Notes under the pieces: model-generated | What the model was told of the DNA's origin: nothing | Database searches by the model: none | Seen by the model: only the letters and a program-made list of their open reading frames with translations | Part shown: positions 35,969-49,672 of the stretch, piece by piece | Layout of the letters: every line of letters begins with the position of its first letter | Numbering within the stretch: position 1 is the first letter of the stretch | Translations under genes and position numbers: made by a program | Assembly (NCBI RefSeq): GCF_039654945.1 | Contig: NW_027361819.1 | Coordinates: 1,674,001-1,738,000 of the forward strand | DNA: 64,000 nucleotides | Direction of reading: 5' to 3' | Source of the DNA: Dendrobates tinctorius | Taxonomy: Eukaryota

Positions 35969-37537
35969 ATGGCGTCTGCAGAGCTGAGGGACGAGCTGAA
36001 CTGCTCCATCTGCCTGAGCCTCTATACAGATCCCGTATCCCTGAGATGTGGACACAACTTCTGCCGCTCATGTATTGTGAGTGTGCTGGATGCCCAGAAG
36101 GCGGCTGGAGGGTATTTTTGTCCTGACTGCAGAGCAGAATATCCGGAGTGTCTGGCCCTGAAGAAGAACCGGAAGTTGCAGAACATAGTGGAGCGTTTCT
36201 TATCTACTCAGCCTGATATGGAGGAGACCAGGATCTCCTGTACTTACTGTACAAAGTCTCCTGTACGGGCTGTGAAATCCTGTTTGCAGTGTGAGAATAC
36301 TTTCTGTAATGACCACCTGAATGTCCACAACAAGACATTAGATCACATATTAATACAAGATCCTACAAGATCTTTTGGTAACAAAAAATGTTCCCACCAC
36401 AAGAAGCTTCTGGAGTACTACTGCCTGCAGGACGCGGCTTGTCTGTGTGTGTCTTGCTGTCTGGTTGGCGAACACCGTGGACATCTGGTGGAACTTCTAG
36501 ATGAGGCTTCTGAGAAGAAGAAGATGAAACTCATGGAATATCATAATGAACTAAATCCACAAAAAGGAGAACTTCAGACAAAAGTCCAATATCTGCAGGA
36601 TCATAAGTGGAATATCCAGGAGAAAGCCTCCGATGAGAGGAACAACATCAGGAAGATATTCAATGCCATTAGGAAGCAAGTGGAAATGGCAGAAAAGAAA
36701 GCGCTGAGTGAGGTCTCCAGGCAGGAGGAGAAGATTGTGTCTAAGATATCTGATCTGATCAAGAAGCTGGAAATACAGGAGGAAGAGCTGTCCAGGAAGA
36801 TGCGTCACGTGGAGATGTGTCGTGTCACCGACCCAATAAGACTCTTACAAGAAAGTGACATTACAGTATGTAGTCATGGAGGTGATGAGGACACAGAGGA
36901 AGATGGTGGAGAGGTCAGTTCTGAGGAGGCTCTGGATGAGGTTCTGATCTCACTGACCTTACACCGATCTATGCGGGATATTGTCACCAATGTGACATCA
37001 GAGCTCGGGTTCCATGTCCCAGACATATTGCTGGATGTGGACACTGCTCATAGATGTGTGAAGGTATCAGAAGATCTGAAAACAGCAGCAGATTCAGATA
37101 AAGAACAGGTGAGACCAGAATCACCAGGGAGATTTTTGACTTACTCCCAAGTGTTAAGCAGATGTGGCCTCTCCTCAGGACGACATTACTGGGCGGTAGA
37201 GTGGAACCAGAAAGGAACATATGAATTGGGAATGTCCTATCCCAGTATAGAAAAGAAAAGAAAGGAGTCTGGTATGGGATATAATGATAAATCTTGGTGT
37301 CTGTGTATGTATGATGCAGAATATAAAGTATATCACAACTCAGATGAACTAACCCTCAATGTAAAGCCAAAATGTCCAATACTTGGTGTCTTCTTAGACT
37401 ATGAGGCTGGGCGTCTGTCCTTCTATGAGCTGTGTGACCCCATCAGACACTTACACACCTTCACCGCCTCCTTCACTGAACCCCTACATGTCGTCTTCTG
37501 TGTGGATGATGGGGCCTCTGTTACAATAAGAAGCTGA
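35969..37537 (+). CDS. TRIM E3 ligase with PRY/SPRY, copy 2, 522 aa
   Basis: Intact ORF with the same architecture. Confidence 0.94.
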   Translation: MASAELRDELNCSICLSLYTDPVSLRCGHNFCRSCIVSVLDAQKAAGGYFCPDCRAEYPECLALKKNRKLQNIVERFLSTQPDMEETRISCTYCTKSPVRAVKSCLQCENTFCNDHLNVHNKTLDHILIQDPTRSFGNKKCSHHKKLLEYYCLQDAACLCVSCCLVGEHRGHLVELLDEASEKKKMKLMEYHNELNPQKGELQTKVQYLQDHKWNIQEKASDERNNIRKIFNAIRKQVEMAEKKALSEVSRQEEKIVSKISDLIKKLEIQEEELSRKMRHVEMCRVTDPIRLLQESDITVCSHGGDEDTEEDGGEVSSEEALDEVLISLTLHRSMRDIVTNVTSELGFHVPDILLDVDTAHRCVKVSEDLKTAADSDKEQVRPESPGRFLTYSQVLSRCGLSSGRHYWAVEWNQKGTYELGMSYPSIEKKRKESGMGYNDKSWCLCMYDAEYKVYHNSDELTLNVKPKCPILGVFLDYEAGRLSFYELCDPIRHLHTFTASFTEPLHVVFCVDDGASVTIRS

Positions 37538-40500
37538 GGCCGATGTCGTCCTCGTCACATTATAATGACATTATTCCTTGCCACATGGACACATCTGTAT
37601 ATAGTGAGTTATCAGCGGGACCCTCTAATAATACAATGTATATGGCGGAGTCATGGGGGGATTGTTCCTATTGTTTTTTCCTCTTCCCTGTAGATCAGAT
37701 GCAGAATCAATGATTGAGGAGAATGTAAAAATGACTGAATTGTTGTGAGACTGATAATTGTTCAGTAAAGGGTTAATCATGGTCTATAGCTGGGATATGT
37801 CAGCACTCTCTGACTCCCGGGACCCCCACCGATCCTGAGACTAAAGGGGCTGCAGCATTAATTCAGCCTCCTGCACATCGGAGCTCTGGACTCCCCCGGT
37901 GCAGGAGCTGCAGTACAGCCGCAGTGTATGGGGGGCACATCGGGGTCCGGAGCGTCACACTAAATCAGCACTGTGGCTCCTCCATTCTCGGGGTCTGTGG
38001 GGTCCACACCAGTCAGACACTGATGGTATACTCTAGCTATATACCACCGTGTGAAATGTCCTGTAATCTCCCGATGTCTCCAGCAGTGTTACAGGACCCC
38101 GGTGACGTCTGATCTGTGTGATCTGATCGCCCGGACTGTGGAGGATGATGGGAGTTGTGGTCTCCGTTGTGTATTTTTTATTAGATCTTCTCAATATTAT
38201 ATGAAATTAAATAAAGATTTCCTTTAATCCCACCAGAAACATCTCATATATAGGAGGACGTGTGATCAGTAATCAGGGGATGAGTGCAGGGACCCCAGTG
38301 ATCCTGAGATCGGGGGTCCTGTGTGCGCTCAGCCGCTTCTCTATCCCCCTGCTCCTGTATCTCTGTAGTCACTAAGGCGCCGTACACACAGCAGAGCCGG
38401 ATACACGGAGGGGCGCACAGGCTCTGGTGGGGTCCTATGTGCGGAGATCCCCCCATAGATGCAATGTGTGCTATATCCAGACTGCAGACAGATCATCATG
38501 GCGCCGCGGGCTCTGAGCTTCACACTGGTTCTGTGTTCTGGTGGTTCTCTGTTGGGGGATGTTCACACCACTTCTTTTTCAGTCGGGTTTGGAGCCAGTT
38601 CACTTCTGAAAATTGCCTTAAAAAGTGCTGAGAAAATGCTGCGTAGAATGGACGTATTTCTGCTGTGTGAACACGACGCGCGTCACGTGCTCAGAATTTT
38701 CCGGCTCTTGGGTTGGGTGAGGGCTTATTGTTTTCCGCCTTGAGGTGACTTTTTAATTGATACCATTTTGGGGCAGATTCGATGTTTTGATCGTCTGTTG
38801 CACATTATTGCGGCAACCAAACAATGTGTAATTCTGGGAATTTGATGTTTTTTTTCTCCTTACACTGTTTAATTCTTTAATCAGTCGTGAAGGGGTTAAA
38901 TGGCCTCTATCAACGCAGAACGGCTGTTCACACCAAGTCCGGGCGCTCGGGGCATCATGGCGGCCAATCATTTATAGTGAACCCTCCCACCTGCTTGTTT
39001 TCCCGCTATCTCCGCCCCTTCTACTTTGATTGACAGTTCTGACTTCATAGTGCTGAGAAGGACGGAGATAGATGGGAAGCTGCACGGAGCTGGCTGGCCG
39101 CCATGATGGAGCCTGGACTTGGTGTGAACAGTCGTTCGGTGCTGACAGTCGCCCTTTAGCATTACATTTACATGGTAATACTGTAACCAAGGTAACCAGG
39201 TGACTTCTCTAAGGTAACAGGATGAATGGTAACCCATAGCAACCAGCACAGGGTAGTCTCGGAGAGCCCTGAAGAGAACCATGGTAGGTGGCATCACACC
39301 TGGTGTTAGGAGGAGGATGGCTGCTCATTTCCATCTCTTACAATGAGGTTCTCTTCCATATATCTGATAGATTCACAGACATTTCCTCAGATCGATGGTG
39401 TAATCGTGTGTTCAGAGCTGATAAATGGCGCGGCCGGCTGTGTGTTATGTGCAGGAAGAGGCAGCTGTGACCCCTCACACAACAGCTGAGACGCCATTTC
39501 AGGAGCAGAATCCTGGTCGGCCATTTTGTAGCTGTGCTCGGTGTAACGGAGGCTTTATGGTCAGTGACAGAAATGATCTCTGAGGAGACAGTTTGTGTAG
39601 GACGGAGGCCGGCCGCCATATTACAGGGTTTCCAAAATTCTGTGTCACTAATCGCTTTATGTGAAGGCGCTGGAGACCCCGGCTGTACGGAGCGTGGGCA
39701 GCCATGCTGGATCTCCACAGGGAGATGAGCGCACCAGGGTGACACAGACGTCCGACATCGATGACCTATGTGAGGAAAGTTAGGGCCGCACACCCTTAGT
39801 GTTAATGTACAGGTGACCAATACACGGCGTGGCCACAATTTCCTGTCAGCGGAGCTGTGTGACGGCTGTGTCTGCTGGGACAAGCTGTGGTTTCCATTGG
39901 TGTCTTTCTGGGGTACATGGGACTGTTTCATCACCTTATATTAACCCTGTAGAGGCCAAAATAACAAAAAAACGCAATTTTCTGTGCGTTTTTGGTGCAG
40001 ATTTTTCCTCACTCATTAGTATGAGTCCCTGGTATTTCTGGGCTGAAGTCTATGGGTCTGTGAATATCACACACAGCACACAGACGGCGTCACTGCCATT
40101 AAGGCCTCGATCACGCATCAGTATTTCTATGCCAAAACCAGGAGCGTCTCCAAAGCACAGAACAGGTGTCGATATTCCAAGTATAGTTTTTCTCTGTAAG
40201 TTCCACTCCTGGTTTTGGCATCAGCAAAATACTGATGAAATACTGACGTGTGAATGAGGCCTAACATTGTAATAAGGCCACGTTCACACGGTCAGTATTT
40301 GGTCAGTATTTTACATCCGTGTTTGTAGCCAAAATCAGGAGAGGAACAATCAGAGGAAAAGTATAATAGAAACCCGTCACCACTTCTGGATTTATCACCC
40401 ACTCCTGTTTTTGGCTACAAATACTGATGCAAAATACTGACCAAATACTGACAGTGTGAATGAGGCCTTAGACGTACAGAAGGTGGGGATTTCATGAAAT

Positions 40501-40942
40501 CACATCCACTTTGCTTGGACAGTTCCTGCTCTGCCCCAGGTGTCCTCTTCTGTTTTGGTCACTGCAACGTCTCATGCAGCTGAATCAAGTATGCGTAGAT
40601 GCCATGTTTCCAGCTCTTCCTCATCTGGGTCATCTCATCATCGCATTGGACACAGCAAGCATTCCATGCATGTGCGACAGAGGTCCAGATCTCACAGGAG
40701 GGGTCCTAGGTCCTTGTCCTCAAGATGGGGCTTTCCGTCATCATCAGAGTCTTTGAGTGCATTGGCAAGTCCTGATTGCTGGCCTGGTTCTCATGGCGAG
40801 AGACGTGAGCCGAGGACAGTATCCATAGCTGCCAGCTTGGCTGAGCCGAGAGCATCATCCAGGGCTTCCAGCCTGACCTTCACCCACCCATCCGTTGTCC
40901 AGGTGCCGGAGTTCCTCCTCCTGCAGCAGATTTGGGTGAGAG

Positions 40943-42224
40943 TGTGGCGCCCCTGAGGATTTAGTTGCCACAGAGGTACTGCACCTCCTGAGGTGTGGTA
41001 CCCCACCATCCAGGCAGTTTGGAGGCTCCTGACCACGCTCCAACACCTGCATCCCACACAACACAGTAGTTCAGCAAATCCACATTGCGGCTCCCTGCTT
41101 GGAGTGTAGCAGAGCACCTTTGGTGGCTCCCTGCTTAGAACACGAAACATGCTGGGAGGCGGGTGGAGTTAGAATACATAAAAGAGCTGAAAGGTTTAGG
41201 ATTTCAGTCAGTTCAGTCGTTCAGTTGAGTGGAGAGGAGTGAAGATCCCTGGGAGAGGGATGGAGGAAGGAGGTGCTGCAGCAGATCTCAGTGACCTGGG
41301 TCTGCTGCACGGGAAAGGAAAGAAGGAGAAAGACATTGAACAGAAACCTGATCTTCCATAAGAAGGAGAGACTAGTACGGAACGTAGGAGTAAAAGGGAA
41401 CAGAGGACGTTGGTTAGGAGAGAACCCTGCCTAGAAGTTCAAAGAGAAAGGCCGGGGCCCGGTCCCCGAGGTTGTATGGATACTAATGGTCCTACAGCAG
41501 ACACCGGTGGAGTAGTGAGCTGTAAATGCACTACCATCTAAGACTTGAGGGCACAACAGCACCTTGGATAGTGAGCCGGGACTCAGGAGTAAGGAGTCCC
41601 CGAAGCAGGCTACAGCTGTCTGCCATACAAGTATAGTTCTTGGGAACATCTGTCAGGAGTAACTCCAGTGTAACTCAATACTAGGAGTACTTCACACCAA
41701 AGGCGCTATAAGAGGAGACGTTCAGAAAGTCACATGTTGGCGGAGTGTTGGAAGGGAGCATTCCATCTGACCCGGAGGACACGGCACGGAGGCAGGCACC
41801 TGTGTGTACTACACTGTGAGTAAAGATTTGGAACTACATGCCCTGGTGTCCTCCAATTATTCCTGTGCTAACACACCCTGTTCCGCTACATCTGGGTACC
41901 AGCTTCTACACTGCCTGTGCCTCTCCTCTACCCCTACATCTACACTGCCCTGGGGCTACAGCTCCACCTGTGGGGAGCTTCACCATCTTGGCTGCAACAC
42001 ACCACCATTCCCAGAGGATCTGCATGCAGCGTCGGCTTAACATCTCACTTGCCGAATACCACAGGTGGCGTCATGAACTATTCATTTAATCAAATACATT
42101 CCACCATTCAATCTCCCCCATTACTTGGGCACCCAGGGCCACGGACCGGGTCACTGCTGCTGTGACACATCCCGCTGACACCGACCCGGTACTGAGTACC
42201 CCACAGCCCTGGGAGGGCGACCCA
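40943..42224. mobile_element. Putative degenerate solo LTR
   Basis: TGTGGCGCCC ... GGGCGACCCA ends, non-coding, no TSD found. Confidence 0.35.
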
Positions 42225-42334
42225 AGTGCACCAGCCCTTACATTACTCGAGCAATTTACTATACCAGTTTGTACTGCACAAGTTAGTCCAGTAATCCCAG
42301 AAGGTAAAGTTATACCACCATTATCTGGCATGTA

Positions 42335-42843
42335 CAGGTGCTTCTCACACAATTAGAATATCAGCAAAAAGTGAATTTATTTCAGTTCTTCAATACAAAC
42401 AGTGACTCTCCTCTATTCTATAGAGTCATTACACACAGAGTGATCTATGTCACGGGTTTATTTCTGGTGATGTTGATGATTATGGCTTACAGCCAATGAA
42501 AACCCAAAAGTCATTATCTCAGTAAATTAGAATACTTTATAACACCAGCTTGAAAAATGATTGTAAAATCTGAAATGTTGGCCTACTGAAATGTATGATC
42601 AGTAAATGCTCTCAATACTTGGTCGGGGCTCCTTTTGCTTCAAATACTGCATCAATGCGGTGTGGCATGGAGGCGATCAGCCTGTGGCACTGCTAAGGGG
42701 TTATGGAAGCTCAGGTTGCTTTGATAGCAGCCTTCAGCTCCTCTGCATTGTTGGGTCTGGTGTCTCTCATCTTCCTCTTGACAATACCACATAAATTATC
42801 TATGGGGTTAAGGTCAGGTGAATTTGCTGGCCAATCCAGCACA
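42335..42843 (-). mobile_element. Tc1/mariner fragment (one TIR and the 3' end of the transposase)
   Basis: TA-CAGGTGCTTCTC terminus. The - strand reads WPANSPDLNPIDNL..IVKRKMR. Confidence 0.85.
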
Positions 42844-44272
42844 ATCACACCAGTGCATCACAGAGGAGGTGGAGGGACTCCATTGGAGCTGCACTGCATC
42901 CCTGCCTTGAGATGAACGCTGCCGGCACACGATACCCTGGGGCCCGGTGAGCACTAGCCAGTTCAGGTACCCCCTCTGTACTTCTGTTCACCGGGTCCTA
43001 TACAGCAGTAAGGACAGTAATGCCTTGATCGCGGCTCTGAGTCACCAAGAGGGTGGTTTTCTCCAAGTGAGACATTACACCATCAGGTCAGAGAAGAAGT
43101 GAGGAGCGCCCTTACACAATGTCAGGATGAAGAACATCATGTTCACAGGGAAATTAATATATATTCAACCTGTGCTGGAAAATAACACTGCCCTGATGTG
43201 TAAGGCCTTGTTCACACATGGGTTATTCATGGACGTGGAGTTCACAGATGGACTGTAACAGGTACATGATGTAAGGGGTTGTTCACACACATTCCTGGTA
43301 TTTCTGGGACGATTGTTCTGCAAAAGTTCATGGCAATATGTCTGTTTATGACACAAATCACAGATCAAGTCTATGGGTCTGTGAAAATCACAAACAGCAC
43401 ACGGATGGTGTCAGTGCCGTTAAGGCCTCATTCACACATCAGTATTTCTATGCCAAAACCAGGAGCGTCTCCAAAACACAGAACAGATGTCAGTTCTTAA
43501 ATTTATATTTTTTTTTCTGTAAATTCCACTCATGTATTTGGCATCAGTGAATACTGATGTGTGAATGAGGCCCAACATTGTAATAAATCCAAGTTCACAT
43601 GTTCAGTATTTGGTCAGTGTTTTACATCAGTATTTATAAGCCAAAATCAGGAGAGGAACAATCAGAGGAAAAGTGTAATCGAAACACGTCACCACTTCTG
43701 GATTTATCACCCACTCTTCATTTTGGCTACAAATACTGATGTAAAATACTGACCAAATACTGAATGTGTGGATGTGCCCTAATAGACAGTAGACGCTTTG
43801 CAATCATCTGAGAAAAAAAATAAAACACTGATCGTAAAAGCTGAGAACACTGATGAAAATCGGAACAAAAACACGGATGGACAACGGTCCAACATTTCAT
43901 TGTTGTCTGAATGAGACCTAATGATGAGTCCTTCATCAGCCACATACAGCGTTGTCTGCCGGACTCTGACTGTTTATTTCAGCCTGATGGGAAGAGGTGG
44001 AGATGAATTTTACTTCACCTAACTTAAGATTTGCAAATATCCATCTTTGTATGCAGTAAAGTTGTGTGTATTCTCTTCATGAACAGGTGGAGTCACTACA
44101 ACTCCTAATCCTACACCAGATCCTCATGGCTGATCGTTAAGACATTTCTTCCCAAGTGTGAATCAGCAGTGATCACAACCATGGAGCTGAAGGTTTAATT
44201 AATCTCAGAATCCCCCACCCTTCTTATGGAAAGAAACTTTTTAGCTTTAGGTTCTTGCTTTTTCCCACTACA

Positions 44273-45838
44273 ATGGCCTCTGCGGAGCTGAGGGATGAGC
44301 TGAACTGCTCCTTCTGCCTGAGCCTCTATACAGATCCCGTATCCCTGAGATGTGGACACAACTTCTGCCGCTCGTGTATTGTGAGTGTGTTGGATGCCGA
44401 GGAGGCGGCTGGAGGGTATTCCTGTCCTGACTGCAGAGTAGAATATCCGAAGCGTCCGGCCAAGGAGAAGAATCGGAAGTTGGAGAATATAGTGGAGCTT
44501 TTCTCATTTACTCAGCCTGGTATGGAAGATACTAGTATATTTTGTGCTTACTGTACAAAGTCTCCTGTCCTGGCTGTGAAATCCTGTCTGCAGTGTGAGA
44601 ACTCTCTATGTGACGACCACCTGACTGTCCACAACAAGACATTAGATCATATATTAATAGAACCCACAAGATCTTTTGGCAACAAAAAATGTTCCCACCA
44701 CAAGAAGTTTCTGGAATATTACTGCCCGCAGGACGCGGCTTGTTTGTGTGTGTCTTGTTTCGTTGGTGAACACCGTGGACATCTGGTGGAACTTCTAGAT
44801 GAGGCTTCTGAGAAGAAGAAAAAGGAAATGTTGGAATATCTGGATGAACTAACTCCACAAAAAGTAGATATTCAGAAAAGAGTCCAGAAGCTGCAGGATC
44901 GTATGAAAAATATCCAGGAGAAAGCCTCCGATAAGAGGAAGAACATCAGGAAGGTATTTATGGACATTAAGAAGGAACTGGAAATGGCAGAAAAGAAAGC
45001 GCTGAGCGAGGTCTCCAGGCTGGAGGAGAAGATTGCGTCCAAGATATCTCATCTGATCAAGAAGCTGGAAATACAGGAGGATGAGCTGTCCAGGAAGATG
45101 CGTCACGTGGAGGAGATGTGTCATGTCACCGACCCAATAAGACTCTTACAAGAAAGTGACATTACAGTGTGTAGTCATGGAGGTGATGAGGACACAGGGG
45201 GAGATGGTAGAGAGGTCAGTTCTGAGGAGGATCTGGATGAGGTTCTGATCTCACTGACCTTACACCGATCTATGAGGGATATTGTCACCAATGTAACATC
45301 AGAGCTCGGGGTCCATGTCCCAGACATATTGCTGGATGTGGACACTGCTCCTAGAAGGGTGAAGATATCAGAAGATCTGAAAACAGCAACAAATTCATAT
45401 AACAAACAGGTGAGGCTAGAATCACCAGGGAGATTTGTGACATCTGCCCAGGTATTAAGCAAATGTGGCCTCTTCTCAGGACGACATTATTGGGCGGTAG
45501 AGTGGAACCAGATGGGAGAATGTAGTGTTGGATTGTCCTATCCCAGTATAGAGAAGAAAGGAGAACGGTCTGGTATTGGATATAATGATAAATCTTGGTG
45601 TTTGGATATGTATAATGAAGAATATGCTGTATGGCACAACTCTGATGTATTAACCCTCAGTGTAAAGCCAACATGTCCGACACTTTGGGTCTTCTTAGAC
45701 TATGAGGCCGGGCGTCTGTCCTTCTATGAGCTGTGTGACCCCATCAGACACTTACACACCTTCACCGCTTCCTTCACTGAACCCCTACATGTCGTCTTCT
45801 GTGTGAATGATGGGGCCTCTGTTACAATAAGAAGCTGA
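44273..45838 (+). CDS. TRIM E3 ligase with PRY/SPRY, copy 3, 521 aa
   Basis: Intact ORF with a one-residue deletion in B-box 2. Confidence 0.93.
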   Translation: MASAELRDELNCSFCLSLYTDPVSLRCGHNFCRSCIVSVLDAEEAAGGYSCPDCRVEYPKRPAKEKNRKLENIVELFSFTQPGMEDTSIFCAYCTKSPVLAVKSCLQCENSLCDDHLTVHNKTLDHILIEPTRSFGNKKCSHHKKFLEYYCPQDAACLCVSCFVGEHRGHLVELLDEASEKKKKEMLEYLDELTPQKVDIQKRVQKLQDRMKNIQEKASDKRKNIRKVFMDIKKELEMAEKKALSEVSRLEEKIASKISHLIKKLEIQEDELSRKMRHVEEMCHVTDPIRLLQESDITVCSHGGDEDTGGDGREVSSEEDLDEVLISLTLHRSMRDIVTNVTSELGVHVPDILLDVDTAPRRVKISEDLKTATNSYNKQVRLESPGRFVTSAQVLSKCGLFSGRHYWAVEWNQMGECSVGLSYPSIEKKGERSGIGYNDKSWCLDMYNEEYAVWHNSDVLTLSVKPTCPTLWVFLDYEAGRLSFYELCDPIRHLHTFTASFTEPLHVVFCVNDGASVTIRS

Positions 45839-48344
45839 GGCCAATGTCGTCCACGTAACATAATTACATTATTTCTTGTCACAAGGACACACCTGTATAT
45901 AGTGAGTTATTAGCAGGACTCTCTGATGCTGCTGTCCATGGTGACAGTATTATCTGTTTATTTTAGTGAGGAGGCACCCTCTTTGTCCCTATTGTTACTC
46001 CATGATTGTGATCACATAGTGCTAATGAAAGCCATGATGACCCCAGGCTGAGTAATGTCAGAGGGGTCACCCAACTATAGTGATCTCTGAGGTATTGCCA
46101 TGAGCAGGACCTGACACATCAACTGTCAGTACAAGACTGATATGCGTAATACAGTGTCAGGCTCACCCAACAGACATCAGACACACGTTTCACCATTGCG
46201 TCATCAGGGGTCTGGTTGGAGAAATGCACGTCTGGTGGGTGAGCCTGAACATGTCCTCATTATTATATGCACTATTTGCACTTTATGCTATTTATTTTAT
46301 GGGACCCTAATACTGTTGACCCCTTTATTCTTATTTCTATAGCTCGATTTTAAATTTGGATTCATCACGTGTTTCCATTTGATTGCACCTTAGTGTACAC
46401 GTGTGTGTGTATAAATATATCACTAATAATTTTGGAACAATTCATTGTCTGTGACAAGCTTTCTAGGTGTTTGCATTCAGATGTCACCTCACATTGTTTC
46501 CATCTTTTCTGGAAACTTTTTTTTTTTTTATTGGCTCACCCACCATTAATGTCTATGCTTATTACATTGGATATTTCTACTCTTTTAAAAATGATTCAAT
46601 AAAGATTGTTGATCATGTTTTATTCATATCTACTTTAGTCTTTGCACATTTCTTCTTTTCGGGTTTATGAACCAATCCAGTAAAATCCATGTTCAGAAGA
46701 TCAAATGTCTCCTCCGGAATCACACTTGCGAGTGTGATGCGAGAAACTGGCACGATCTCCCGCATCAACACCTGGCGCTGCCGCCGGCACTCGGGACCGG
46801 AGTATGCGGCTGCATAGAAATACATGCAGCTACACACTCAGGTCCCGAGTGCCGGCGGCAGTGCCATGTACTGATGCGGGAGACTCACATTGGGATTGTC
46901 TGCTGTTCTGGCACCTATAGGGCTCGGATATGGAACCAGCAAAATTTGCAAGACAAACCTGTACCCAGAAGCCAAATGGTGTTTCTTCCCTCCTGAGCCC
47001 GGCCGGGTGTCCGAACAGTAGCTTCCGGCCACATATGGGGTATTGCTATGTTTGGAATAATTTGTTTTACATATTGTGGGGTCCATGTTTTCTTATTACC
47101 CCTTGGGAAAATGAAAAATTTGGGGCATAAAGTATAATTTTAGTGGAATAAATTGTCATTTTTGTGTCACAATGTATAAACTTTTGAGACGCTCCTGTAT
47201 GTTCAAAAAGATCACAATACCGAAAAGATAAATCCCGTAAGGGGGGATAGTTTCCACAATGCCATCAGTTGTTTGGTTTTGCTGTCTTGGCACATTGGTG
47301 GCACTGAAATCCCGACATGGCATCCACAATCTATTCCAGCCAAAAATGAGCTCCGAAAGTCGCAGATCGACTTCAGGAGAAATTGCTGCCCAATATTTCA
47401 TCCCTTTCTCTCTCATTACAGGGGGGAGACTGGAATATCTGAGGATAAAGGGCATTTTAGCTGAAAGAATGTAATTTTTCTCGCCTATAAGCCCCTCAGT
47501 CGCCTCAAACCTTATAAGGTATACACCAGCGCATTTCTAGGTCTCTGTATTCTAGCAGCAAGATATAAGTCAGATTTTTTTTACTTCCTATAAAATAACG
47601 AAAAACATTTACAATAATGACATTTTTTAATGCACTTTAAAAAAAAAATTAAAAAAATAAATCACAAATTATAGACATTTTTTTGTTCCTGTAATGATAA
47701 GAACACGTACAATACAGCGACCAGATTTATGGTGAACGGTAAATGGTACAAAAACTGGATAGTGATTATATATATTTTTTCCATTAATCGCATAAAACTC
47801 TTAGCAATGTAACGCTGAGGCCGTGTTCACACATAGTGTAAATGTTTTCCTGCAGGATTCGCACCACACGACAATAACGAGCTCTGATTATTATGTTTTT
47901 GATGCGTTTTTTACGCCGTTTCCCATCTATTTCATACACTTTTCGTGCAGATTTGAAGCTGCGTTTTTATATATAATAAAGATTCTGCATTTAAAAGAGC
48001 AACTACAATTTTTTTTCTTCCATTTTGTGGGCTCCACAGATTAAAAAACAAAACACCAAACCCGCACCGTTCAGCAGCATCTTTAGGGTGTGTTCACACG
48101 TTGCAGATCTGCTAGTGAGTTACAGTACAATTCTATGGGGGGAAAAACCGCTGTGCACACGTTGCGGAAAAATGCGCACGGAAACGCATTTTTTTTTCCC
48201 GCAGCATGTCAATTCTTTGTGCGGATTCCGCAGCGTTTTTACACCCATTCCATTATAGGAATCCGCAGGTGTAAGAAAGCAGGCAAAATCTGCAATAAAT
48301 CCGCATAAATGTCCAGGAATCTGCAACATGTGCACATACCCTTA

Positions 48345-48749
48345 AGGCCCTTTTACATTTAGCGATGCACCAGCGATCCAACCAGCGATCCGACCCGGTC
48401 AGGATCGCTGGTGCATCGCTAAATGATCGCTAGTCAGCTTTCATACAGAAAGATCTCACAGCGATGCAGCAGCGACGCAGCGCACGATACTTACCATTCA
48501 CACACAGCGATCCTGCGTCCTCCCGCCCGCGTCCTGCGTCGCTGGACGTCACAGCAGGAAGTCTCAGCAGGAAGTGCCCGACGACAAATGGAGCCGGACA
48601 TTCTCGTGCGATGAGCGATGGACAGCGGGGGAGCCGGTCCCTGGTAAGTATCACACATAGCGATATCGCTAGCAATATCGCTATAACGTCACAAAACCAG
48701 TGACGTTTTAGCAATATTGCTAGCGATATTGCTTAGTGTAAAACCCCCT
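48345..48749. mobile_element. Harbinger-type MITE, family A
   Basis: Homologous to 26271-26612, with a TTA TSD. Confidence 0.8.
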
Positions 48750-49592
48750 TTAGACACAGCGGGCAGCAGTTCTCATGAATTCACATCCACTTTGTTTGCA
48801 CAGTTAGGCCGTGTTCACACGTAGCAGAAATGCTGCTTTTTTTTCTGCAGAAAATCTGCTGCGTTTAACTATCCAAGCAAAGTGGATGTGATTTCATGTC
48901 ACCTCCTGCCCGCTGTGGTCTAAAGATTTCTGCGGTATTGGTGCGTTGTTTCTTTATGAGGAGCCTGTAAAAAACACAGTTCAATTTTTAATGCAGAGCC
49001 AAAGTTTTTCTGTAGTATTAAAAAAAAAACAACTTTAAAATACACAGCTTCACATCTGCAGCAACAACACCTAAAAAAAAAAATGAAAAGGCAAGAAAAA
49101 CTCAATAATCAAAGAAGATTGTTATTGTGCAGTTTATTGCGGATCCTGCAGGAAATATGCAGATAAAAAGCAACAGAAGAGGACGGTGCACGGCGGGGGA
49201 GCCGAAGGAAGGTGAGTAAGATCACTTTTTTTTTTTCCCTATGCATTAAATAAGAGCAGCAGAATGGGGACATATGCCAGGATGGGGGACGTTACTAAAT
49301 AATGGGAGCGGGATTGCAACACGTATGTCTTCATAGGATATAGAACGCTGCAAGGACCCATATCTGACCAACATGCTGGGGTGGGGAAAGGACCAGGTCC
49401 TAATTTTGCACTAGAGCCCATCGGACTTTAGTTACACCACTGTCTGTGGATCTGTGAAAATAACACACAGCTCACAAATGCGATTAATGACTCATTCACA
49501 CATCAGTATTTTTGATCAGTATTTCATCAGTATTTCTGTGACAAAACCAGGAGCGTCTCCAAAACACAGAACAGGCGTCAATACTTCAATTA

Positions 49593-49672
49593 TATACAGC
49601 TCAAAAAAATAGAGGGAACACAACCATAGGATCGTATGTTTAAGTGATCCCTTTATTTTTTTGAGCAGTATA
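49593..49672. mobile_element. ~80-bp Tc1-type miniature element
   Basis: GCTCAAAAAAATAGAGGGA / TCCCTTTATTTTTTTGAGC inverted ends in a TA context. Confidence 0.6.
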
